From NCBI GenBank assembly GCA_965113315.1, contig OZ220364.1: DNA of 64,000 nucleotides, one strand, 5' to 3'. Below, one piece after another: positions 39,449-51,949 of this stretch. Origin of the DNA: Podarcis vaucheri. Taxonomy: Eukaryota. Under the pieces are notes generated by a model. That model was not told where the DNA came from and ran no database searches. It saw only the letters and a program-made list of their open reading frames with translations. Numbering within the stretch: the first letter of the stretch is position 1; every line of letters starts with the position of its first letter. Made by a program: the position numbers and the translations under genes.

Positions 39449-40483
39449 CTAGGAAGCACACCCCATCACAAGGATTACCATGAGGCAGACTGTGGGCTTA
39501 TCCACACCTCCCCTTGTCCCACTGCTTTCCCCTAGGGAAAACCGCTTTTTAGTGCTCAATCTGAGCAAACAGCGATTTGGGTTTCCCTCAGATTGCCATT
39601 TGTTCCGATCTATCGCTAAACACTGGGTTTTCCTTTGGAAGGGAGCGGGACCAGGGGAAAACTGCTTGAATCTGTACTTTTTAGGCATGGCACAAGTGGA
39701 AGTGTGGAAAAGTCTTCATGCTTATGCTGCAGTGATTTAATCTCAGCTCAGGTTAAGCAGCCCAGAAGCTCTATCCTCCACTTAGGAGCGACTGACTAGA
39801 AGCGGAGAAGCAGACCCAGGTGTCAGAAGGCTCATTTGTTACTGAGCTGTAAAGTATTATGGTGAACATCAGGAGAGCCCTGAACAAATGTCCATCTATT
39901 CCAGCAGCCTACCAGATGCCCCTGGGAAGGCTGCAAAAACAGGGCATGTGAGCAGCATCCTTCTACGACTGTTGTTCTCCTGCAACTGACATTTGGAGGT
40001 ATGCTGCCTATGGGCCTCCTGGCAGGGGAAAGTGTGAAGCAGAAAGAGCAGAGCAGGTGAAGGAGGATGCTGGATCCTGGTTTGTCCGGTCGCTCTTAAC
40101 ACCACAACCCCCTTCATCTCCTTTCTCCAGCGCAGGCCCCTAGACTGAATGTGGGCCTAGCGAGGAAAAACATGATTGGGGGACACAGTAAAGGAGGCAA
40201 AACCTGTGGGTAAGGGCAGGGGAAGCAGCAGCAGTTTTCCAGCTCCTCCTCCTCTACTCTAGATTGTTTCTGCCACTTTACAGTTGTACATCAGAACTAT
40301 GTCCAAACATCACATCTAGCTGGCACCTCAGCCTTTTTATTTACACACCAAGCCATAGTGTTCAGAGGGACTGAAACATGCTTAAGCAAGTGATTTTTCT
40401 TCAGTGATATGATGATGATGATGTTCAGCCTATCCTATGAAAACAGAGTTATAATTATTGCCAAGATAATGTCAGTCACATAC

Positions 40484-40572
40484 CCTATAAGGACTGAACC
40501 CTTCCCGTTTGGTCCGCAGATAATTGGAGAGGTTTCCATATTTACAGAATTCAACAATAACCATGAGGGGAC
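40484..40572 (-). CDS. FLT4: FLT4 exon 20 (hinge)
   Basis: [29 protein letters not shown]; 89 nt. Confidence 0.97.
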
Positions 40573-41726
40573 CTGCAGTAGAGAAGTCAAGAAGAAAGTG
40601 TGTTTCTTTCAGGCAGGCTTATGCGTAAGAAATTTGGATTGCTTTGTCTTTCACACCATACTATCCACATGGTATATACCCTGTGCTTCTAGCTGCGTTT
40701 CGCTCTAGACAAGCTTATGAAGGCCACAGGGAGTGGTGGGTGGGGCCAGGAGCAAAAGTGGGTGGAGCAACAAATGTTAATTTATTGACACACGCCCCAT
40801 CAGGGTGAGCAAGAAGCATGATCAGAATTCAAATATACATTATAGCCTGGTAAAAGCATTCAAGGAGGAGGCAGAGCAGGGGCAATGTGGCGTCAAGAGT
40901 GTCTCAAGGGACAGACAGAGAGGCCTGAAGGGCCATATTTGACCTCTGTGCCTGAGGTTCCCTATCCTGCTGTACAGGGACAATGTGGGATGGCTCTCGT
41001 ACCATTTTTATTTTACATGCAAGGTGATCAAGACAGTGGCAGCAGTTGAGGCCTGGGGAAGCACTAGGAAGACCAAGGGTGGGAGGTCATCACCCCACAC
41101 ATCTAGCTAATGTCAGCGAGGCATAAAAGTTGACTGCATTACTATCCAGCAGCACAGTCCGGAACGGATATCCCACCCACCCTCTCTGTATTTTGTGGCT
41201 TTGCCCAATGGGAAAAGGGCAGCGCATGTACAGGACCCTGCTGTTGAATTTCTCAGTCGTTGTATTCATGAGCAGGAAGGAATTTTCCTGCAGATGTATC
41301 GGGCCAGTTTGGGTTTTTTTTGCCTTCCTCATAGCAATTATCACTTTTGTGAAAAAAGGCATTGGGTTGGCTCCTTAGACAAAAGCTTGGGCTGGGTAGG
41401 TTTTCCACCCCCCAAATATCAGGCTAAACTCAAGGCAATCTGGTAAAGGAGGTAGGGTTCTGTCCAAAAACCTGGACCACAGAACATCCTGAATGGCATC
41501 CTGGTGGGATTTCCTTGTTAGATTTGCATCAGTGGAGGCTATCCTCTCACCTTGTACGACTCTGATGGCAATATCAGTCGGTAGTTGGGTTAGCTGATTC
41601 AGGATCCATGCCCAATGCCTGTGCCAATAGAGTTGTGGCTATTTCTATCCCAAGCTGGTGCCATGTCTTTCTAACCACATTCACACTGTTAATCCCCTCC
41701 TCCCCGGCTTTGGCTGCAATATTTAC

Positions 41727-41840
41727 CGTTAGGTTTGGTGCAGGCACCCAGCAGGTTAACCACATTCAGATGGTTTCCAATATGGATGAGGATCTTCAGC
41801 TCTGACATAAGCGCTTTGTGTTCACTTGCAGTAGCTCCCT
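41727..41840 (-). CDS. FLT4: FLT4 exon 19 (kinase alphaC)
   Basis: [37 protein letters not shown]; 114 nt. Confidence 0.97.
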
Positions 41841-41924
41841 CTGAAAACAATGTTAAAATTATCCCTTAATTGCCACTTCTAGCATTCTAGATAGCACATA
41901 TCTGTCACCCAAAACCATTCCTGA

Positions 41925-42028
41925 GATAGATAGATGATAAATAGATAGATAGATGATAGATGATAGATGATAGATGATAGATATAGATGATAGATATAGA
42001 TAGATGATAGCTAGATAGCTAGATATAG
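41925..42028. repeat. (GATA)n compound microsatellite
   Basis: GATA/GAT mosaic over ~100 bp. Confidence 0.9.
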
Positions 42029-43562
42029 CTTGCTTTAAGAAATTGTTTGCAAATGTTATTTTGCAAAGCTTGATATGATTCATCCAAAACAAAATATTAA
42101 TTTCTTCATTCAGCATCCCATCTTCTAAGAGAGAGGAGAGGAAAGCGTAGTCTTTGCAACTACATAGCATGGACAACTTCTCTTGACAGTAAATTCTTTT
42201 TTGTTTGTTGACACCAGTGCAGCAGAGGCTTTGTTATTCAAACATCTGCCTCTTTCAGCTCAGTACATTGGGAGTAAATGTACTCACACTAAACTCAATG
42301 GGACTTGCTTCTAAGAAAAGACGTAGAGGCTTGAACTTTAAGAATGCCATACAATGCAGCCACCATCATACATTCACTGGGCCTGTACAGCAGTGCCAGT
42401 ACATTAAAATGTGTCATGCTCTGCTATTATATAAGTGAAACTTAAGAAAGCTTAAGAAAAATAATTATAAATATGGGATGGAATTCAGTGTAGTACTAAA
42501 TTCTACTCATGCAGCCAGACTTCCCACCCCCACCCCCATGTCCCCTAAGCCAAGTGTGGATGTCCACAAGCCCTGGAGATGGAACAGGAACATTGGGTGG
42601 CCTTTGCAGAAATCCCTACCTGAATTGCTCTTGGCCATTTGAAATTATGACTACAAACATTTATGGAAAGCTCTAATTTCAAGGGATTTGGATTCTTTTT
42701 GGTTCTGATTGTAACAGATGGAACCACAGCTTAATGCCTGACTGCAGCACTGTGGTTAATTCTGACAGCGCAAGGTATACCAAGAGGTTTCCCTGAACAG
42801 CTGCTATATGAAGGTTCCTACCTGGAGAATCTATGCAACGCTATTCTTGTCTACTGAGATAACTATTCTATTGTTGTTCCATTAAAGTATGTCACTTACA
42901 TCTGTTTCCTCCTTGTTATCATCTACATTATCTCAGCTGAACTTTTTCTCTCCTGTAATCAATCTTTGGGCACTGTAACATTTTGTTCTGAGACTCATTG
43001 GCTCCCTGGGAGAACAGAGATGACAGTTTACCTAGTGGTAACTTACCATGGTATTGAGTACCCATCTGATAATCCAATAACAAAATGGTTTTTACCAATA
43101 TAAACAGCTGGCTCACCAACTGGTTCCATGCACGCTATAGTAAGTTATCACTTGGGTCATCTATATTCACGGGTTATGGAGAATCCTCTCTGCCCTCATT
43201 TTATTGGATCTGATGTTGATCTGACTTTTAGAGCCTCTGTAGGTCAGCTCTGTTTGAAGAAGGCCACCTTCCCCTTACTCCCTGCCCAGCTGTATTGGGA
43301 GGAATGGGACACTGTTTAGCAGTTACTGACTGACAAACAGTCAAAGGCTAAGAAACTGAAGATTCAGAAAAGGCTATAGCTAATTACTTCTACAGAGGAA
43401 GATCAGCTTAGTGGATCCTGCTGGCAGAAGCACATATTGGGGGTTAGGGTTGGGAGATGATGAGGGATTTGCTTAAATCATGGAGAAATGGACTTCCAGA
43501 AAGAAAAAAAATAACCAAGTGAATGTTTCTAGTAATACTTTGATGTCATTTACCACGCCTAC

Positions 43563-43667
43563 CTTTGAGCATTTTTACTGCCACTGTCTCACAGCTGTTA
43601 CTCTTATTAATTCCAAATGCAGAGGCTTCCATCACTTTCCCAAAGGCTCCATGGCCCAGGACTTTAC
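43563..43667 (-). CDS. FLT4: FLT4 exon 18 (kinase P-loop, VAVK)
   Basis: [34 protein letters not shown]; 105 nt. Confidence 0.97.
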
Positions 43668-44276
43668 CTGAAAAAAGAAAGTTTTTTTTTTTTGGGGGGG
43701 GGGGAGAGAAGAGAGACAGCGTTTAAAAAAAAAATGGCCAGGGTGCAGTTAGATGAACTCATTTCATGTAATGACTGTAACAGTCATTGAATGGGATCAA
43801 AACAAAACAGGAAACTGGGACAAAAAAGAAGAAAAGGTGTGAAAAAAGGAAGAGGAAAGAATGGCATTTTCACCATCTCCAGGTGTCTGTATTTTTAGAG
43901 AGAGGGGAGGAAGTGAGACAGACGCAGAGTCAACAAAGCAGAGGAAGGAAACAGATAGCTGAAAATGAGGTGTCGTTTTTGTTGCTGTTGACCAGAGCGC
44001 ATGGGAAAGGTGAGGCTATACTGCATAGGTATGAGAACTTCATAATCGTTCCATCAATGCCTGCATTTCTGGCAGCCCTACAGAGGCTGGGTGCATGGGC
44101 TGTTCTAGAATGTGCTGCATTCTGAGACTGAATAGACAATGGCTTCTTTAGTTATTTTGTGGTGCAAACCAACTTTCATAAATGGCACTTGGATTTGTAA
44201 TGGCAAGCTGGAAAGGGGGGGGGGGGAGAACTAAACATATTCTTCACTTAGCAGCAAACAACATGCTGAACCTTAC

Positions 44277-44412
44277 TGAGTCGAAGTCGCTCCCGAGGGA
44301 ATTCCCATTTGCTGGAATCGTAGGGCAGGTATTCACATTGCTCATCTAAGGGAACTTCACCTGGGTCCATGATAATAGAAAGGTAGCCCGTCTTGATATC
44401 TGCATGAGCAGG
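44277..44412 (-). CDS. FLT4: FLT4 exon 17 (juxtamembrane)
   Basis: [45 protein letters not shown]; 136 nt. Confidence 0.97.
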
Positions 44413-45352
44413 CTGCGGGGAGGGAGAGATGCTGGTAAATCTGTTGTTTTGCAACGGGCCCCTATTACTGTGCAATTTTCCTCGTGTCTTGAACCTATAC
44501 ATTGGGCTTTGCTTGACAAAGCAAAAGGGGGAAGTAGATGGTCTGACATTTCAACATCCATGTCTCAGTCCCCCCATCCCAGTTGAAAGAAAACTGTTAC
44601 TATTAGCTCAGGATATATTGCAATTTTATCCATTTCCCTCTAAATCATTTCCTTCACAAGAAATTGTACACAACAAGGGTTCATCCTTCAGCTAAACTAA
44701 CCAGACTGTTGAAACAAAGGAAACTAACTCTACAATTCTATGATTCTATGAGTCTGCAGTTATTTAAATAAAGGAGAGCCCTAATTTATTTTTTACATTT
44801 ATATACCACCTTTCCTTGGTTACCCTCCCATGGCAATGCAATCTGTATTCAGCGGTGGTTACCAAGGTGATTTCTCATTCTGTTGGAAACCAGATACTTC
44901 TCTACCTTAGGTGAATGGGGCAAACTGCAAACATAAGGCAGTGGGAATGTAGAGAAGGGAGACAAAGCCATCCTATGGCAGGGACGGGGAACCTTTTTTA
45001 TCCCAAGGGCCACATTCCCTTCTGGGCAACATTTCAAGGGCCACATGCTAGTAGTGGGTGGATTTTGACCTTTGTGTAATAGGCTAGTTTCTACATAAAC
45101 TTGTACAGCTCTCTCTCTTGTCCGTTAAGGCTAGCAAAAGGCACTATCAGAGTTCAAGGACACTTTCCAGCCAAGCAAAACCACTTGAAGCATGAAGACT
45201 GGCCAGTGAGGAGGTGTAGAGGGCAAGAAAGAGAGTCATTGAAGGCCACGTTTGGGCCCCAGGCCTGAGGTTCTATGGGATCATCTCTTGCTCGTGATTC
45301 TGTTTGCCGTTCACCAAATCAGGCTCTGTTGGAAGGATCACAGGAGACTTAC

Positions 45353-45459
45353 TCGCTTGATGTTGCAGAAGATGAGGATTAAGAGAATCCAAAAGAAGAT
45401 GGCAATGACACCTGTCCCAATTAAGATCACAATCTCCACATTGGTCCTGTCATCCGACC
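45353..45459 (-). CDS. FLT4: FLT4 exon 16 (transmembrane helix)
   Basis: [35 protein letters not shown]; 107 nt. Confidence 0.96.
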
Positions 45460-45768
45460 CTACAGGTCAGAAAGAACCGCATAAGAATTAGCAAGAGAAT
45501 AAAGTTTGAAAGGCACATGACAAAACCAAGGGCATTTTCAAGGGACAGCAGAGGAAAAATTGTTGAGAATATTCTAGATTTCCTTCCAGTTGGGATAAAT
45601 ATAGGAGAATATGATTTCTTTTTAAGAGTTTGGGTTAAGGAAGATGAATCTTGTACTGTTGTCTCGGCATGGCCTTTATTCTGATGGGATCCATCTTTCT
45701 TTCTTTTGCTTTCTTTTCAAATAACATTTCCCTCTACAGGCTTAGGGGGTTGAAGTTAGTAAGAGTAC

Positions 45769-45900
45769 CTTCTACAGAGACACTGGCGGAGGAATTCACA
45801 CAACCCTTGGCATTGCAGACACTGCACAGGTAAAGGCCAGCATCCTCTTCTCTCACCCTCTGGATACTCAGCCTCTGATTGGAATCTGCCAGGTCAATTC
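45769..45900 (-). CDS. FLT4: FLT4 exon 15 (Ig7)
   Basis: [43 protein letters not shown]; 132 nt. Confidence 0.96.
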
Positions 45901-46789
45901 CTGAAACAGGCAGAAGGGGAAGGGCTTTCAGGTGTGAACTAGTGGTGTCTAGGGAGGGCTGGGATCCTCAGGCCTTTGGCCTAGTTCAAAGCGGAAACCT
46001 GGACTAAAATTAGTGTATGGAAATAAAACTGGGACCAGTCCTTTTCACCACTGCTCGCCACATGCTGTTGTAATCAGCACTTGGTCACTTTCATATGCCT
46101 CATCCGCCAGCAATGAAGTAATATTTGTGAAAGAGTAGCCCCCAGATGCAGTACGTAGTTTTCACAAAATGCAGTGCGGCAGTACGGAGATATAAACAAA
46201 TCACAGGTTGTGGCTTCATAATTCACAGTTCTGCAACTCTTAATTTTTGCAGCTCCTACAATTCCCAATTTTCTTTTGGAATTTATTTTAGCCCACCTCA
46301 TTATGGATAAAAGTCAGAAACTAGTTAGATAGCTCCTGAAGGCTATACAAATAAAAGAAGCTTGTGGAGGTTTTCAGTGGTCAAAGAGTATAACATGACA
46401 CACATTAATGGTAAAGTAACAAACCATAGAACAATTTGTTTTCTCCATGATCTTTATGGCATAAATCGTCTCTAAGAAAGATTTTAAAATTGATTGGTTT
46501 GCCACTGCAGGTCAGTAGAATGAAACTGGAGTCCAAATGCACCATTTACTTTGGTGAATGGGAACTGCCCATGTAGTCAAATATTTTCCTGTAGCTTTTA
46601 AGCACACAACTGATGAGGTAAGCTGTTTAATCTTATCCTGCCCCATAGTTATCAGAATTTCAGTAGCAAAAACAGAAGTGACTGCTCAAGCATTGCCTGT
46701 GGTTCCTTTACATGCATGCAAGTAGTTCCTTGGGATTGCTGCCCATATTTCCCAAGGGATGGGTTGAAGGTACATGAGGCCACATGGCG

Positions 46790-46905
46790 CTGAAGCTAAG
46801 CAGGTCTGGGTATGGTCAGTACCTGGATGTGTGACAACAAGGATTCCACATGTATGGTGCCTGGGGTTCCACAACGGAAGAAAGGTAGGATATAAATGTA
46901 ATTCA
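46790..46905 (+). mobile_element. 5S rRNA-derived SINE remnant with L2-like tail
   Basis: GAAGCTAAGCAGGTCTGGGTATGGTCAGTACCTGGATG resembles the 5S internal control region; ends GAAAGGTAGGATATAAATGTAAT. Confidence 0.65.
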
Positions 46906-47575
46906 TATAAATGTAATTCAATTTAAGTTTAAAATGAAGATGCAAGTAATTATTTTGTGGGGAAGAGGAGGCTTAAATCAAACTGCAGGAATAACATCTG
47001 TGTTGCCTGCTTGTTCTTCGGAAACATCTTCACAATCTTTACAGTAGCATAAACTTTTATAATTGCTCTGCTCCTGTGCATTAATTACAGCTATAACTGA
47101 TAAGGCCTCTTGGTATAGGTTTGCAGATATATGTACACAGAGGAAGCAAAGCAAGAAGTATGGAAAGTCTTTATTAATTAATTACACCCTTGCTCTAGTA
47201 GGCTTGTGCAGGCACACATAAGTTGTTCTCCACTCTCATTTTATCATCAAAACAACCCTGTGAGGAAGGGTAAGATGAGAGAAAGCAACTGATCCAAAAT
47301 CTTCCTAAGAGCTTGATAGCTGGGTGGGATTTCCTTGTACAAATCTAACACTCTGTTCACAACATCACACTGGCTACGCCAATGTACTTGTGTTGGTATG
47401 GCACCTGGAATGTTATTGAACTGGATGCACCAACACACCGTTGCCTGGGCATACAACCCAGCCTGAATTTGAATTTGAATATCCCAGCCCAGAGCCTTGC
47501 AAGGCTCCACTAGGAAGCAGGAAAATTCATGTGCTACTCATTCCCTCCCCCATGAATATCTTCAACCAGCCATAC

Positions 47576-47722
47576 CTGAGACCTCTTCTACAAGCTTCTC
47601 ATCCTTATACCAGCTGATGTTTGGAATGTGTGTGCCATCCACTTTACAGCGCATCTCTATGGAATCACTCACATTCACCAAGATGTTTGACAGGTTTTGC
47701 TTCAACCTGGGGACCTCTAGAG
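47576..47722 (-). CDS. FLT4: FLT4 exon 14 (Ig7)
   Basis: [48 protein letters not shown]; 147 nt. Confidence 0.96.
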
Positions 47723-48413
47723 CTAAAAGAGGGACGTTATGGTAAATGAAGGTGATCAACCAAAAAAACAACAACAATTTGGCAGAACAGTAAAGAAGAA
47801 ACACTCTATAGCAGGAGTGGGAAACATTTGGTCCTTCTGATATAGCTGGACTACAGCTGTGACAGGGGGCATTTTGTTAATCATGAAACAATATTTGAAA
47901 TTTTAGTAAGAAGTTTAACAAGATTCCTGCTGTTGCCAGTATGAGACTCCTGGCGTGTTCAGGACCACTATGAACCTTATTATTGTAAAACTGGGTATTT
48001 TAAACCACGAGTCAGCCTCATAAAAATACAGAAATAATAAACCAGACATATGAATGGACATAATTTTATTTGGCATTGGAATTATTACTTTCGCCTAGTC
48101 TAAGTTTCTCCTTTTCTTGATGTTTCTCCAGCTATTAGGGCTAGCACCTACCCTTGTTATTTCTTTTGGTGCAAACTATGTTGTCTCAGGATTATAACAA
48201 GAATATATGGTCCAAAAAAGAAGTGCCTTCTGGATCAATCTGTGGCCCAAAGATTATAAATCTCAATCTAGGCTGCAGCCCTAGTGGCTGCAATTCCCTA
48301 TAGCCTGTGCTACCACTGCTTTGTCATGGCCAAACATTCTCTTTTCCATACATCTTTCAGCATCATGAAGTCCTGCCAACTAACCTGACGAGTACTTTCA
48401 GAGTGGTCCTTAC

Positions 48414-48773
48414 CATGCACAGAGATGTATCTTTTGTGGCAGTGCTTTTCGCTGTTCTCCCTGTTTTGCACTTCGCACACATAGTCCCCTTCGTCCTCTA
48501 GTGAGATACTTGGAATGGTGAGTGTCAAAGCAGCATAATTGGAGTTGGGTTTGAAATGCAGCTCTCCTTGCATCTTTGTCGCATAGTGGTGGACATTCTT
48601 GCAGTCCAAGACCAGCGGGTTGCCCTCTTCATCATGCAGCGTTGAAAGGTTGAGTCGGTACCACTGCAGGTTCTCATAGGTGTAATTGTCAGCATTGCAG
48701 CTTAGCCTCAGGTCTTGCCCCTCAATGGGCTCTTCTGATGGCTGCGATTCAATTTCAAACCCATTTGGGATGG
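48414..48773 (-). CDS. FLT4: FLT4 exon 13 (Ig6)
   Basis: IPNGFEIESQPSEEPIEGQDLRLSCNADNYTYENLQWYRLN...EDEGDYVCEVQNRENSEKHCHKRYISVH; 360 nt, phase 1-1. Confidence 0.96.
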
Positions 48774-49764
48774 CTGTCAGGAAAACAAGAGAAGGAAACA
48801 GATGTGTGATGGAATTGCAAAAGCTGAAATACCAGTCTCAGGCTATGCTTATGGAATTCTATTCTATGTGCTCAAGGCTGTATGGTTAAGGAATGGGAGA
48901 AACCACTTACTTGTATGTGCTTATTTAAATGCACAATGGTCGCTTCAAATATGCTGAATGAAAGGTTTGGCTTTGTCCACACACAGAGAAGAATGAAAAA
49001 AGCCACCAATGAATAAAGCTACAAGCCAAACACTGGTAAGAGGAAATCACTACTATTATACTATGACTTAGTATAATATGATTTATAATTTACTATTACA
49101 CTATGATTTACTATTATACTATGAGTGGCAAGGTCAGGGCTGTGTTGGCACACCAGCAGAGCCACTTTGGAGCTCCCACCGGTGCGATTTTGCAGCCCCA
49201 ACCTTGCCACTGTGATGCTCTACTCTGGGAAGTGGAAGTGACACCAGTGTCAGGAAGCTGACTCCATAGCACAGTCCACTAGGTGCTCCGGGGAGTTGTA
49301 GTCCCAAACTTGGTTGAAGAAATCTGTTAAAGAGACAAAAACCCAACTTCCTAAATATGTAATGAAATTGGGACACCACAGAGAGTCTATTCAGCAACAG
49401 GGCACTAGGGGGTGCTACTGCACCAGGAACACTTGGGAAATACATGCTCCAGCATTTTCGTGGAAGAGAGCTTTGATCTCTTCACTAGCAAATATCTGCT
49501 CACAGGAAGCATGAGAGAGGAACTGAGTTTGTATTTTCTCTTTTCTAGCTCCAGGACATCTCTTGCATACTCTTATTTGCAGTGGAAACCAGCCTGGCTT
49601 TTTAACATCTCATAGTGGATATGTTTTATTCTGGATGCAGACTTTACTAAGGAGGTGGAGGCCCATGTTTTTGTTACAGATGAAGCCAGTTTGAAAAAAT
49701 GAAATCGCAAATCAAACGATGAATGCTCAAATATAAACATCTGCAAAGTGATTTTTTCAAAAGC

Positions 49765-50180
49765 GCCTGGAAACCAAGCCTTATGAGGAACAGTTGAGGG
49801 AGTTGGGTATGCTTAGCTTTGAAAAGATGACAGTGAGAGGAGATAGGATAGCCATCTTCAAACATGTAAAGGGCTGCCACTTGGAAGATGGAGCAAGATT
49901 GTTTTATCCTGCTCCAGGTTAGGACCCAAAGCAATGGCTTCACGTTACAAGAAAGGAGATTCCAACTAAGCGTCTGGAAGAACTTTGTGACAGTAAGAGC
50001 TGCTTGACAGTGGAACAGTCTCCTTCTACTGACGGTGGATTCTCCTTCCTTGGAAGTTTTTAAGCAGAGGTTGGATGGCTATCTGTTAAGGATGCTTTTG
50101 TTGAGATACCTGCACTGCAGGGGGTTGGACTAGATGACCCTGGGGGTTCCTTCCAACTCTACAATTCTATGATTCTGTGA
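49765..50180 (+). mobile_element. CR1 LINE 3' fragment, older copy
   Basis: Diverged homolog of 11226-11640; tail CCAACTCTACAATTCTATGATTCTGTGA. Confidence 0.9.
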
Positions 50181-50484
50181 AATCCCAATTTGAAAACTCA
50201 TCTTTCAGCTACAAAGCTCAAATTTTGATCATGATAATGAAAGACAAATTGAGGTGGCAAATGTGTGGCTCTGCTGACTAAACTATAAGAACCAAAGTCA
50301 GAGATTTACCCTCAAACTCAACGGTTTGACAAAGTTTGAGGGAACTCCTATATTATTAAAAATCTGATAATCTGAAACTGTACAGATTTTGAAATCTGAG
50401 AAAAAAATTAATTCACCACTAGGCCTTATTAAAAGGTCCATGTCTTCCAGTGATCTGTATCTTCGGTCCCTGAGGAGGCCATAG

Positions 50485-50486
<2 letters not shown>

Positions 50487-50527
<41 letters not shown>
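50487..50527. repeat. (AC)n microsatellite
   Basis: About 20 units. Confidence 0.95.
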
Positions 50528-50529
<2 letters not shown>

Positions 50530-50666
50530 GCTGTCTGATTGTGAGCACATCATGGCAGTAATGCTTTTAAAAACACTCATGAACCATTCAAAGGGTCTGT
50601 GAGCGAAGGTCAGATGCAAAGACAAAGGACTGACACCCCCCCCCATACATGCTTTATGATACTCAC

Positions 50667-50775
50667 TAGTTACATAGAAATAGATGAGCCGTTCATCACG
50701 GCCAACTTTGTTAGAGGCTGCACACTTGTACATGACAGAAACGTTGGCTTCTTGGATGATAAGTTTGCTGACCGT
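50667..50775 (-). CDS. FLT4: FLT4 exon 12
   Basis: [36 protein letters not shown]; 109 nt, AG/GT. Confidence 0.96.
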
Positions 50776-51886
50776 CTGGTAAAGAAACAGAATGGGCAAC
50801 ATGAATGACATTTAAAATGTGGAAACGCAAGACTTCTCAGCTTCTTACCAACCTTCCAGGAAGGAAGAGGATGCTCTAGCCTCATTCTTATGCTCTGGGG
50901 AATTGCATGATGAAATATTTAAGGGTATGTTTGCACCACCCATTCAATTTTTGTCCAGTTTCTCCTGTCTCTTCATTTTGTTTCCACTGATAGTTTGCTT
51001 ATCATTCAGCATTGTCCTGTGATCTCCATTCACCACTTCCCCTACTGAAATGTTGCTGTTGCACTGAGACACTCCCCTCAATAAAAAGGGTTAAATCAGG
51101 GGCAGCAAACTTTATTTATGTGCTGCCATTCTGCTTACAGGGAAGTAGGTTGAAAGGGGGTTAGTAGCCATACACAAACAGATGGTGCATAATGACCTGA
51201 CACAGAATTTTGGAAAAGCCAAGGACAGGAACAAAGAGGTGTACACTAGACAAATGCCATCTTTTGTCCCTGTTTAAAGAGAGGATTGCAGATGTAGTGC
51301 AAACTATAGGAAAAGCAACAGATGAGAAATGTATGGGTGGGACCACTAGGCTTGTCCACACTACAGTTCAGTGTGTTTGCAGCTGTTTGCATTCCCATTT
51401 AATCTGCTTAGTCCACATGATGTCACCCTCAAACAACACCAATCTCAGTGTTTCTCCCCTGTAAATTTAGGTTTACGCAATACGGGGATACTTTGATAAA
51501 CTGGGGAAAATTTGGCTGCAAACCACTTCACTCAGGGTTTCAGATCATTTGTTTTGGTGTGTTTTGGATGGGTAAATCAATTTTCACTTTCTGCCACTGC
51601 CCTTTCCATGCCTGCTACTTCCTCGGTGCTTTCATTGCTTTTCCAGCTGTGCCCGTAACTGTTTTTGGTGCACTCCTGAATGCAGGATTCCCCACCCCAC
51701 CCCACCCCCAGCCTTTGATCCCACTGATTTGCACTAAACCAGAAAATTGCAGAAAGAAAGCACATGAAAAATTTCTACACCAATTAAATTGGGCAGCCAT
51801 CTGAAAAGTGGGTGCTGAAATTTACAATTGATTTCATTTCTTTTCCAGCATCCTAGTAGTAGTGAGTCAAGAGCCTAGTCATTCAC

Positions 51887-51888
<2 letters not shown>

Positions 51889-51926
<38 letters not shown>

Positions 51927-51949
51927 GTGTGTGTGTGTATATATATATA
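51889..51949. repeat. (GTATAT)n-(GT)n-(AT)n compound repeat
   Basis: Directly visible. Confidence 0.9.

Noticed and set aside
46790-46860. 5S rRNA-like sequence as an rRNA gene
   Set aside because: Partial and diverged, and joined to a LINE-like tail, so a SINE relic
50419-50666. 82-codon read-through of FLT4 exon 12 into intron 12
   Set aside because: The frame stays open partly because it crosses a (GT)n microsatellite (CVCVCV); no supporting signal identified
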